In this document: one piece after another, positions 36,474-47,330 of the stretch
Position numbering within the stretch: position 1 is the stretch's first letter
How the letters are laid out: every line of letters begins with the position of its first letter
DNA from: Bilabrum cf. latius
Taxonomy: Eukaryota
Assembly (NCBI GenBank): GCA_965178125.1
Contig: OZ237775.1
Location: 62,001-126,000 of the forward strand
Direction of reading: 5' to 3'
Length of the DNA: 64,000 bases
Program-made: the position numbers and the translations under genes
The notes under the pieces: generated by a model
Database searches by the model: none
Told to the model about the DNA's origin: nothing
What the model saw: only the letters and a program-made list of their open reading frames with translations

Positions 36474-39400
36474 ATGCAGAAGCCTGCACTGTTTGGAGCT
36501 ACCCCTGGCTTCTTCTCGGAGCAAGCGGGTATTGTGCCTGACACTTGGTAGGAAGGACCATGGGAGGCTAACGTGGAGATACCAGAAAACGGTAGAGCTG
36601 GCGTTGACTTGTGTGGGGTGTGTGGCCGCGATGGGTGCTGCAATTTCTGCTGGAACACTCGAGTCCCCTGCTGCGGCTCGTTCTCGTTTGGAAGATGCTT
36701 TCGAGGCTGCAGGTCTTGCGTAGTGCTTGATTTCGTCTTCAACGGGCACGAGTCGAGGGCGCTTGCCGTGGCTGTCTGCTTCCATTTCGTGTTCATGCAG
36801 CTGCTGGATATCGTCGCAGACCAGGGTCTCTTCTGCCGGGAGGCAATTGGCCACCTACCATTAACGACCTTCCACCTGCAAACAGCAGCATTCTTCGCTC
36901 TCATCGTGCAAGCCACTAGCAATTCCCTCTGGGCCCACCCACGCCTGCTGTGGAGCGGCGTGGGGCTGCTGTTCGCCTACCTCGGTGTGCGCGAATGGAT
37001 CCGCATCGAGGCCAGCTACTGCTACGGTGGCCCGCTGGTGATGAAGAAACACCCCGTCCAGGTGACGTTGGGTACCCTGACTCTGTGCTCCTGGCTGGCA
37101 GTGGGCCTCCTCACCCTCACAGCAGCTGTGAGGACTCTCGTGATGGCCCTGGACGACTCGTGCATGGGTAGAACCGGGCTGCTGGCATCGCGGAGGTACC
37201 ACGCAGCGGTTGCGGGGGAGCGGCTCCGCAGCTGGAGGCGCGGGTATGTGCCCACGCTGTGCTGCGACTGCAACTGCGGGTGTCCGGGCGGCGACGCCAT
37301 CACTGAGGGACCAAGGGAGCGCGAGGACGAGGACAAGAACAAGTCGGGGAGCGGCGGGCCGCGGGTGCCGGCAGATGTCGGTTCTTGTCTTTCCATCAAC
37401 AGCGAGGGTGGCAGCATGGATATCCCCAGCGGCCTGGTGAATGTGAGCGTGCCCATGTCATGCTGGGAGCGGACCGTCACCGTGGTGGACAGCGAGGGGT
37501 GGAGGTGCGCTCGGCCCGGGCCGCTGGACCGCTGTCTCCCCGCCCGGCTCGGTGTGGCCGTAGGCGCAACGATTTTCGCGGCCGTGCTGCTGGGCGTGCT
37601 TCCGCTTGTGTACGAGTTCGCCATCATGGAGGGACTGAACAAGAGACTCGAGCAGATCGCCGATGCCGTGGCCAGCCAGTTTCTTCCCGTGGGCATGGAT
37701 GATTCCGGGTCCATGATGGGACAGACGGGATATGACAATGACGCCGGATCGGGAGATGGAGGGGGAGGGAACGACGTGTTGCTGCAGCTGGTGCACATGG
37801 CCATCCTGGAGCTCCAGGGCATCAATAGGGGGCTGGCCACCAGCCTGTCGGTGGGCGGGATCATGGGCATGGTGGTGGGCATCGGGCTGCAGGTGTGGGC
37901 GTGCATGCGGTGGGCAGATGCTGTGCGTGGCCTGCTGCTCCGTGGGTATTGCGATGAGAGCCACAAGGCTGTGCTGAAGGAGAGGAATGCCCTGGAGCTT
38001 GGGCACTACAGGGCCGAGAGGGTGCCTGGTGGCTCTGCAGGCCAAGGTGGCTGCTAGTCCGAAGGATCGAGCCATAGGGTCCATGGGACCATGAAGGAGC
38101 GGCCAGGTGCATCGGCTGCTATCCCTGCCCCGGTGCCAGGTCCTCGCCCTCCCTCCAGCGTCAGTGTGGTGGGGCACGATGCCAAGAGTGCAGCCTCACA
38201 AGAGAGCGGGGATCCTCCCAGGGAACACAGCGAGGTGGACCTGGAGATGGGCCCGCGCACGAATATGCAGGACCCACACGAGCTCAACAGAGCGCACCGG
38301 GTGGCAGCGGCAGGGGTAGTGGCCGAGGCAGCGGCATCAGAAGAACGCGCTGCTTCGCTGCGGCAGAGACAGGGCCCGGGTGACGATCGTGCCAGTGGAC
38401 CAGGGAGTGAGGTGGGGGTGGGGCGGCTGGCACGCGGTCTGGCTGATGATAATGACGATGACGATCAAGTAGACAGCGAGGGGTTCTGGGCGGCAATCCA
38501 GCCGTGGTGCAAGGGGGCCGGTGACTGTGTGCTGGGCGCGGGGCAGGGTGTGCTTGGGTCATGTGGCGCGGGGTGCTACAGGTGCCTGTGGGGCTGCTGC
38601 TGCTGCTTCGTGTGCTGCCGACTGCTGCTGCCCCCGGTGGACGAGGACTATGTGTCTTGGGGCAAGGCGGACGAGGCCTCGCGGACGTGGGTGCGGTGGA
38701 GGGGGAAGGTGCTGGAGGGCAGGGCCAGCATTCAGCAGATGACGAGAGAGGAGGACCAAGGAGATGGTGGGGACGATGGGGAGGTGCGCGTGCGGTCCTG
38801 GCTGGGCACAGAGGAGGAGAGGAGGGCGAGGCTGCTGGTGGGGCAGTAGTAGGATCTTGAGGAGGATGCTGATACCGTACAAGATGCAGTGGGGGCTGGT
38901 GCGGGGGGAGGCAAAGGAAGCACTGGTGGGGCAGCTGCTCGTGCCGCTGAGTCGGACAGTCATGTGACCTTTGTGGTACCTCGCGCGTGGGACAGGGACC
39001 ATCTGCTGCTGCTGTGCGGGTGCTGCTGCTGCGTGGACTACGCGCGCCGGGACTGCGTGGAGCTCGGGTGCACCTGCGTGGACAGGCCAAGGAACAGCGA
39101 GGGGGCAATGACCAGGGAACACGCCGAGATCGGGAGCAGGAAGCAGGTGCTCGAAGCAGCTGGTCGCATGGGACAGCACGCTCTTCCGTGGGAGTCCTCG
39201 AGTGGCGAGTGCAGTGGTGGGCAGGTGTCCGGCACTGCGGGAAGGAGCTGGATGCCGCTGCTGTCAGGAAGCAGCAAGGCCAAGCAGAGGCGGGAGAACG
39301 GCAAAGGAAGCGTGGACGGAGGGACCAAGGAAGGGGCCGCGAGGCCAGACGTCGGGGTCGACGTGGAGGTGGCGGTGAAGCGCGTGGTGCTGCCTTCTGG

Positions 39401-39908
39401 CCTACTGGGGGATGTGCCTCTTGACGCGTACGACTACCACCTGGCCACGTCACTGGTGTCCGCTCACGTGGCGTCCAACCTGATTGCCATGGGTGCGGTG
39501 ATGATCGTGGTAGCAGCTCTCGTGTTCCCCTTCGTGTATGTGAGGACGCGCGCGTCAACGTTCCGGTGGCTGTTCGGGGTAATCGTGGTGGGGGTGACAA
39601 ACTGGATCGTGAGGAAGTGCATCTTCCGGGCATGGCTCGTGATGCCCCTGCGACTGAGGAACACAAGGGCATTCCTGCTCCTGGAGGGGATGTACTCAAT
39701 CACTGCGGGCGTACTGGCGGGTCTCGTGAGCGGGTGCCTGCGGATGGCTCAGGTGGTGATGTGGAGGATCATATAGAGTGCGAGGCTGGACGTGCCGCAG
39801 CTGCCGGGGCCACTTCGCACAGCAGATGGAGGTTTCTCAGCATATGCCGCTGCTATGCGTCTACGCATGTACCGTAATGTGCACCTGCTCGACCACGGGC
39901 TGGGCTGA
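36474..39908 (+). CDS. STRA6-like multipass membrane protein, copy 2; TAG at 36549, 38055, 38847, 38850 and 39774
   Basis: Near-identical paralog of copy 1 with TAGs at the same positions. Ends in TGA. An alternative ATG lies at 36435. Confidence 0.65.
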
Positions 39909-40332
39909 TGGACCACCAGTGATGGCAGCTGGCGTTCTTTGCTTGACGGCGCAGTTTGTGTTTGATTGGTCCATCCGGTCAATTATGCCCACTCGTTGCC
40001 GATGAGGCCAGCGGTTTTAATCTCCTGAAGTTCAACAGGCCAGCGGTTTTAATCTTCTTCTTGAAATTCAACAAGGAATTGTGGCCAGCTGCCGAAAGTA
40101 AGATTTTTTGAGGGGTTAAAATGGCACGTTTCAGAGCAGCCTGGCGGTGGCAACAGGTAAGGGGGCGCGGTGCAGCTGGGAGCAGCGAGTTTCCATCAGT
40201 GCCGTATGTCAGAGCGAGTTGACGGCCGATAATATCGCAAATACAAGATGAAGAAATCGTACCCCTCCAGCTGCAGCAACTCAATTAAACCAGTATCGCC
40301 ACGCTACTACCGCCGGCGAACTGGCTTTTAGG

Positions 40333-40348
40333 CTAACCCTAACCCTAA
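40333..40348. repeat. Short interstitial telomere-like repeat CTAACCCTAACCCTAA
   Basis: About 2.7 units of CCCTAA, immediately preceded by TTTTAGG in the opposite orientation. Confidence 0.5.
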
Positions 40349-40864
40349 GGCTGGAGGGGCACTCCGTGGTGGGTCTGGACCGCGCATTATGCCGGGCCCA
40401 CGCAGTATGCCTGTGTGTCTACGGATATCCGAAATAAAGGCTCCGGGACTGCTGCGAAGGAGGGCTTGAAGGCGACAAAGGGAGGTCCCAACATCAGGGC
40501 CGGTATATGGGGGGCCTTTGGTCTGAAAGGGTCGGGGGTCTTGTAGTCCTCTTATGAGGGCTCCTACCGCTGCAGGTGATCACCTGAGATATGGTGCATC
40601 TGTGGCGGGTTCGGTAACTTAACCCAACAATGTATTTCTGTTTTTCTGTATTTCTGGCTCTCGTCATCATTGACCTAAACTACCGGAAACGAGTGTCACG
40701 TGGACCTTGCTCGTTTGGCAATGAATTGAAAAGATCGCTGGACAAAACCCGCCAGGGTCAAGAATCCGTCATTCACAATCAACACTAGAGCGCCTCATCT
40801 AGCTTTCTATTCTACCCTACTGCGAATACCAAAAAGGAAAACTGCAACTGACCTGCTGAATTCG

Positions 40865-43800
40865 ATGCAGAAGCCTGCACTGTTTGGAGCGACTCCTGGA
40901 TTCTTCTCGGAGCAAGCGGGTATTGTGCCTGACACTTGGTAGGAAGGACCATGGGAGGCTAACGTGGAGATACCAGAAAACGGTAGAGCTGGCGTTGACT
41001 TGTGCGGAGTATGTGGCCGCGATGGGTGCTGCAATTGCTGCTGGAACACTCGAGTCCCCTGCTGCGGCTCGTTCTCGTTTGGAAGATGCTTTCGAGGCTG
41101 CAGGTCTTGCGTAGTGCTTGATTTCGTCTTCAACGGGCACGAGTCGAGGGCGCTTGCCGTGGCTGTCTGCTTCCATTTCGTGTTCATGCAGCTGCTGGAT
41201 ATCGTCGCAGACCAGGGTCTCTTCTGCCGGGAGGCAATTGGCCACCTACCATTAACGACCTTCCACCTGCAAACAGCAGCATTCTTCGCTCTCATCGTGC
41301 AAGCCACTAGCAATTCCCTCTGGGCCCACCCACGCCTGCTGTGGAGCGGCGTGGGGCTGCTGTTCGCCTACCTCGGTGTGCGCGAATGGATCCGCATCGA
41401 GGCCAGCTACTGCTACGGTGGCCCGCTGGTGATGAAGAAACACCCCGTCCAGGTGACGTTGGGTACCCTGACTCTGTGCTCCTGGCTGGCAGTGGGCCTC
41501 CTCACCCTCACAGCAGCTGTGAGGACTCTCGTGATGGCCCTGGACGACTCGTGCATGGGTGGAAAAGGACTGCTGGCATCGCGGAGGTACCACGCAGCGG
41601 TTGCGGGGGAGCGGCTCCGCAGCTGGAGGCGCGGGTATGTGCCCACGCTGTGCTGCGACTGCAACTGCGGGTGTCCGGGCGGCGACGCCATCACTGAGGG
41701 ACCAAGGGAGCGCGAGGACGAGGACAAGAACAAGTCGGGGAGCGGCGCCGTGGGTGCCGGCCGATGTCGGTTCCTCTCTTTCCATCAACAGCGAGGGCGG
41801 CAGCATGGATATCCCCAGCGGCCTGGTGAATGTGAGCGTGCCCATGTCATGCTGGGAGCGGACCGTCACTGTGGTGGACAGCGAGGGGTGGAGGTGCGCT
41901 CGGCCAGGGCCGCTGGACCGCTGTATCCCCGCCCGGCTCGGTGTGGCCGTAGGCGCAACGATTTTCGCGGCCGTGCTGCTGGGCGTGCTTCCGCTTGTGT
42001 ACGAGTTCGCCATCATGGAGGGACTGAACAAGAGACTCGAGCAGATCGCCGATGCCGTGGCCAGCCAGTTTCTTCCTGTGGCCAACCAGATTCTTCCTGT
42101 AGCTAGCCAGTTTCTTCCCGTGGGCATGGATGATTCCGGGTCCATAATGGGACAGACGGAATATGACGTTGATATAGGAAGAGGGCCCGACGTGTTGCTG
42201 CAGCTGGTGCACATGGCCATCCTGGAGCTCCAGGGCATCAACAGAGGGCTGGCCACCAGCCTGTCGGTGGGCGGGATCATGGGCATGGTGGTGGGCATCG
42301 GGCTGCAGGTGTGGGCGTGCATGCGGTGGGCAGATGCTGTGCGTGGCCTACTGCTCCGTGGGTATTGCGATGAGAGCCACAAGGCTGTGCTGAAAGAGCG
42401 GGATGCCCTGGAGCTTGGGCACTACCGGGCTGAGAGGGTGCCTGGTGGCTCTGCAGGCCAAGGTGGCTGCTAGTCCGAAGGATCGAGCCATAGGGTCCAT
42501 GGGACAGCGATGGAGCGGCATGGTGCATCGGCTGCTGTCCCTGCCCCGGTGCCAGGTCCTCGCCCTCCCTCCAGCGTCAGTGTGGTGGGGCACGATGCCA
42601 AGAGTGCAGCCTCACAAGAGAGCGGGGATCCTCCCAGGGAACACAGCGAGGTAGACCTGGAGATGGGCGCGCGCACAAATATGCAGGACCCACACGAGCT
42701 CAACAGAGCGCACCGGGTGGCAGCAGAAGGGGAAGCCGTAGGGGCAGCGGCATCAGAAGAACGCGCTGCTTCGCTGCGGCAGAGACAGGGTCCGGGTGAC
42801 GATCGTGCCAGTGGACCAGGGAGTGAGGTGGGGGTGGGGCGGCTGGCACGCGGTCTGGCTGGTGACGGTGATGAAGACGATCAAGTAGACAGCGAGGGGT
42901 TCTGGGCGGCAATCCAGCCGTGGTGCAAGGGGGCCGGTGACTGTGTGCTGGGCGCGGGGCAGGGTGTGCTTGGGTCATGTGGCGCGGGGTGCTACAGGTG
43001 CCTGTGGGGCTGCTGCTGCTGCTTCGTGTGCTGCCGACTGCTGCTGCCCCCGGTGGACGAGGACTATGTGTCTTGGGGCAAGGCGGACGAGGCCTCGCGG
43101 GCGTGGGTGCGGTGGAGGGGGAAGGTGCTGGAGGGCAGGGCCAGCATGCGAGAGGTGGTTGGTGCGGAGGGAGGCAAAGGAAGCACTGGTGGGGCAGCTG
43201 CTCCTGCAGTCGCTACTGCTCGTACAGCCGCTGAGTCGGACAGTCATGTGACCTTTGTGGTGCCTCGCGCGTGGGACAGGGACCATCCGCTGCTGCTGTG
43301 CGGGTGCTGCTGCTGCGTGGACTACGCGCGCCGGGACTGCGTGGAGCTCGGGTGCACCTGCGTGGACAGGCCAAGGAACAGCGAGGGGGCAATGACCAGG
43401 GAACACGCCGAGATCGGGAGCAGGAAGCAGGTGCTCGAAGCAGCTGGTCGCATGGGACAGCACGCTCTTCCGTGGGAGTCCTCGAGTGACGACGAGTGCA
43501 GTGGTGGGCAGGTGTCCGGCACTGCGGGAAGGAGCTGGATGCCGCTGCTGTCAGGAAGCAGCAAGGCCAAGCAGAGGCGGGAGAACGGCAAAGGAAACAT
43601 GGACGGAGGGACCAAGGAAGGGGCCGCGGGGCCAGACGTCGGGGTCGACGTGGAGGTGGCGGTGAAGCGCGTGGTGCTGCCTTCTGGCCTACTGGGGGAT
43701 GTGCCTCTTGACGCGTACGACTACCACCTGGCCACGTCACTGGTGTCCGCTCACGTGGCGTCCAACCTGATTGCCATGGGTGCGGTGATGATCGTGGTGG

Positions 43801-44195
43801 CAGCTCTCGTGTTCCCCTTCGTGTATGTGAGGACGCGCGCGTCAACGTTCCGGTGGCTGTTCGGGGTGATCGTTGTGGGAGTGACAAACTGGATCGTGAG
43901 GAAGTGCATCTTCCGGGCATGGCTCGTGATGCCCCTGCGACTGAGGAACACAAGGGCATTCCTGCTCCTGGAGGGGATGTACTCAATCACTGCGGGCGTA
44001 CTGGCGGGTCTCGTGAGCGGGTGCCTGCGGATGGCTCAGGTGGTGATGTGGAGGATCATATAGAGTGCGAGGTTGGACGTGCCGCAGCTGCCGGGGCCAC
44101 TTCGCAGAGCTGACAGGGGTTTCTCAGCATATGCCGCTGCTATGCGTCTGCGCATGTACCGTAATGTGCACCTGCTCGACCACGGGCTTGGTTGA
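40865..44195 (+). pseudogene. STRA6-like copy 3 with a 2-nt deletion near 41747 (frameshift), a 3 x 21-bp expansion and an internal deletion
   Basis: Copy 3 reads agcggcg-ccgtgggtg where copies 1 and 2 read agcggcgggccgcgggtg, so the reading frame switches. It has ASQFLPV/ANQILPV/ASQFLPV at about 42060-42122 and lacks the IQQMTREED...DAVGA segment near 43146. An assembly indel cannot be excluded. Confidence 0.6.
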
Positions 44196-44402
44196 TAGCC
44201 GTGAGCTAGTGATGGGTCCTGCCTAAAGTCCGGGCAGCCGGTACGAGCTGGCGGTTTTAATCTTCTTCTTGAAAGTTCAACACGCTGGACTAGACCTCTA
44301 GTGTAGTTAGGCCAAGGCGAGCTGGCGGTCGCAACCACCTTGACCTTCGTCCGGCGCTTCTACCAACCAAGTTGCAGACCCTCAGGGATATACCCTGGTG
44401 AT

Positions 44403-47099
44403 ATGTTTGTCCATGCAGTAGTTGCTATAAGTGTGTGCGTTGCTGGTGCATCCGCGCTCCTACCTTGGTACAATACATCAATCCCAGTCCGAGATCGAGT
44501 TTAGCTGCTTGTGAACGCGTCAACATCCGAAGAGTAGATCCAAATGATCACCTCTCGATCCCCAGCAATAACAAGATTGAATGTGAGCAGGTTCACGTGG
44601 AATTCGGAGTGCATGCACGGCCTGTGGGCGGACGGAAGGCCGGGATATCCGCAGGCGACCGTGTTTCCAGTCGCGCTCTCAACCGCTGCAACTTTTGACC
44701 GCGATCTCGTGAGCAACATATCGCACGCGGTTGCGATGGAGGGCAGAGCGCTCTGGAACAACGGGAGCCAGCAGTTCACGAGCTGCTACGCGCCCAACAT
44801 CAATCTAGTGCGTTCACCGCGTTGGGGCCGCAGCCTCGAGACCTACGGGGAGGACCCGGTGCTGACCGGCAGCATGGGCGCATCGTGGATCCAGGGCGAG
44901 CAGAACCTTGCCCAGCTCCCACCATTCACCGTGCCCTCCTCCAGCGAGGCCGACGATGGCACTGGTTTCATCGTCTCTGCCTCTGTGCTCAAGCACTGGG
45001 CGGGCTACTCGTTCGAGCAGGCAGACGGGGTCAACAGGTACGACTTCAACGCGGAGATATCGGCGTACGACTGGGAGCACACGTATCAGGCCGCTTGGGT
45101 TCCGGCGGTGCAGGACGGCAGGCCCGCAGGTGTCATGTGCGCCTATGTCGCGGTCAACGGGACACCATCGTGCATGAGCAGCGTACTGCTGGACGAGCAG
45201 CTGAGAGGGGACAAGGACCAGGGAGGATCAGGTGCACTGCACGCAGGTGCAGATGCAACGGGGAATGGCCTGGGTCACGATGGCTTCGTGATTTCGGACG
45301 GGGATGCGGTGGAGCTCAACCTGCTGGGCCACGGGGCCGGCACTGACCTGGCTGACGTGGTGGGCAAGGGCATCGCGGCTGGGTGCGACATGAATTCGGG
45401 CTACTCGTACTTGCAGCAAGCGGGAGAGGCCCTCAGGAGGGGCCTCTTCACGCAAGACAGGCTCAGGCAAGCAGCATTCAGGGCCACGCTGCCTCGGTTC
45501 AGGCTAGGAGAGTTCGATCCCCCCGCCAGTCTGCCCACCGCCAACATCACCACGGACGTGATCGGCAGCCCTGCGCACCTGCAGCTGGCGAGGGAAGCAG
45601 CCATGAGGGGGGCAGTGCTGCTCAAGAACCAGCCCCCTTCTGCCCCTGTGGTCGATTCCACTGGGGCGAGTGGAGCGGGCGCCCACTCAGCTGCGTCTCC
45701 GTTGCTGCCACTGACGTCATTCGCGGACATGCGGCGGGTCGTGATTGCGGGCCCTCTGGCCGACAATGCCAAGGCCACGCTGGGGAGCTACTACACTGAG
45801 CCCGTGGGTGGCTTCGAGGGCGTGCAGACTGTCAAGAAGGCGCTGGAGGCAGCGGCAGCAGCGGCGGCAGAACGTGCTGGGAAACAAGGAGATTCCAGGG
45901 CACAAGGAAACGGTCCGTCGATCACGTACATCGAGACCGGCTCCGTGGTTGCCACCGAGGTCCGCGGCGTGGAGCAGGCCGTGTGGGCCGCCAACGGCAA
46001 CGACACGGGAGTCCCTGCCGACCTGATCGTGATGGTGCTAGGCACGTCCTCGGTGCAACCGAACCAGTCCGCGTCTAATCCCGAGCTGGTGGCTCCTATG
46101 ACGGAGCAGGAGAAGCTGGACAGGGAGCCATGGGAGATGGGCCTCCCCGGGCGGCAGATGCACCTGCTCAAGGCGATGGCCCGCAGGACGACCGCCCCGA
46201 TCGCGATTGTACTCGTGCACGGTTCCTCCCTGGACCTGTCCTGGGCCATGGACTCGCCCAGAGTCAGTGCCATTCTCGCGGGCTGGTACCCGGGGCAAGA
46301 AGGAGGTGCAGCACTCGTGGACCTGCTGCTGGGCAAGGGGGGGGCCTCCCCACAGGGCAAGCTGCCCGTGAGCTTCCTATACCAGAACTACACGCTACTG
46401 GAAGACTACTTCTCCATGGACATGCGGGCCTATCCCGGGCGCACACACCGGTATCTGCAGGTGAAGCCGCTGTTCCCCTTCGGGTTTGGGCTCTCATACG
46501 GCTCTCCCATCCAGTACGCGAGCCCCCTGCGAATTGAGAGTGATGCCGCCGATGGTGATGGGGCGGCGGGGACGCAGCTGGTGCTAGCGGGGGCAACGGA
46601 CTCACCGAGAGTGATACTGTCCGTCCGGAATCAGAATCAGGGGCCCAGCCGAGACGAGTCCGTGCTGGTGTTTGCTAGGTGTGTTGTGCAGCAGCAGCAG
46701 CTAGGCGGCGGGGTGCAGGCCCCCCGTGCGCTGGTTGGCTTCGACGTGGCGCGGGGGCTGGGGCCGGGGGAGGAGAGGGAGATATCCGTTGGGCTCGATG
46801 GGCGAGCGGTGCGTCGGTTGGTGCGGGAGTGCAGTGCAGCTGCAGCCCTGGGTAGAGGTGGGGGCAGTGCAGCAGCGGTTGCGGGAGGTGTGCGCGGGTC
46901 CGGTGTGGATGCAATGCACGGCAATGGGCGGCTTGTATTTTGGACGCGGCGGGGTGACTGCGACTCGGAGTGCGTTTGGAGGGTGGATCGAGGGGTCGGG
47001 GAGGGGTAGGGGCAGGGTGGGGTGAGTTCTGGGTGGGAGGTGGACGTGCAGGCGGGGAGAGCGCTTGCGATAGGTCCATTGGAGGTGCGTGCGCTCTAA
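44403..47099 (+). CDS. GH3 beta-xylosidase/beta-glucosidase with a signal-peptide-like start; TAG at 44502, 44535 and 47007
   Basis: Begins MFVHAVVAISVCVAGASA, then PWYNTS..DRV*LL. Motifs WNSECMHG, ATVFP, APNINLVRSPRWGRSLETYGEDP, KHW, VMCAY, GFVISDGDA, WYPGQEGG and PLFPFGFGLSY. Ends in TAA at 47097-47099. Confidence 0.93.
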
Positions 47100-47330
47100 G
47101 TTACTATGGTCAGTGGGCTCGGCTGGCATTGTGCTTGTGTTGTGCCCAAGGCACGAAGGTGCACGACATTGTCCTGTCGTTGCGATTTTGTGCTGGTTTG
47201 GTACTGTTCACGCAAGGATATCCCAAGCGTTCGATACAACTTCAAAAGGTACTCAGCATTTATTTCTGGTTCTGGATCAGTGCAGCCTGAGTTAGCTTTG
47301 CTTTGACCTGAGGTACTCGAAGGTGCAGTG

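Larger units (their letters stand above)
32341..44195 (+). repeat. Tandem segmental triplication (about 3.5-kb units, each with about 150 bp of conserved upstream sequence)
   Basis: The block gatc(a/g)ctggacaaaacccgc...aagaatccgtcattcaca precedes each copy (about 32359, 36332, 40733). The spacers after each stop codon differ. Confidence 0.95.
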
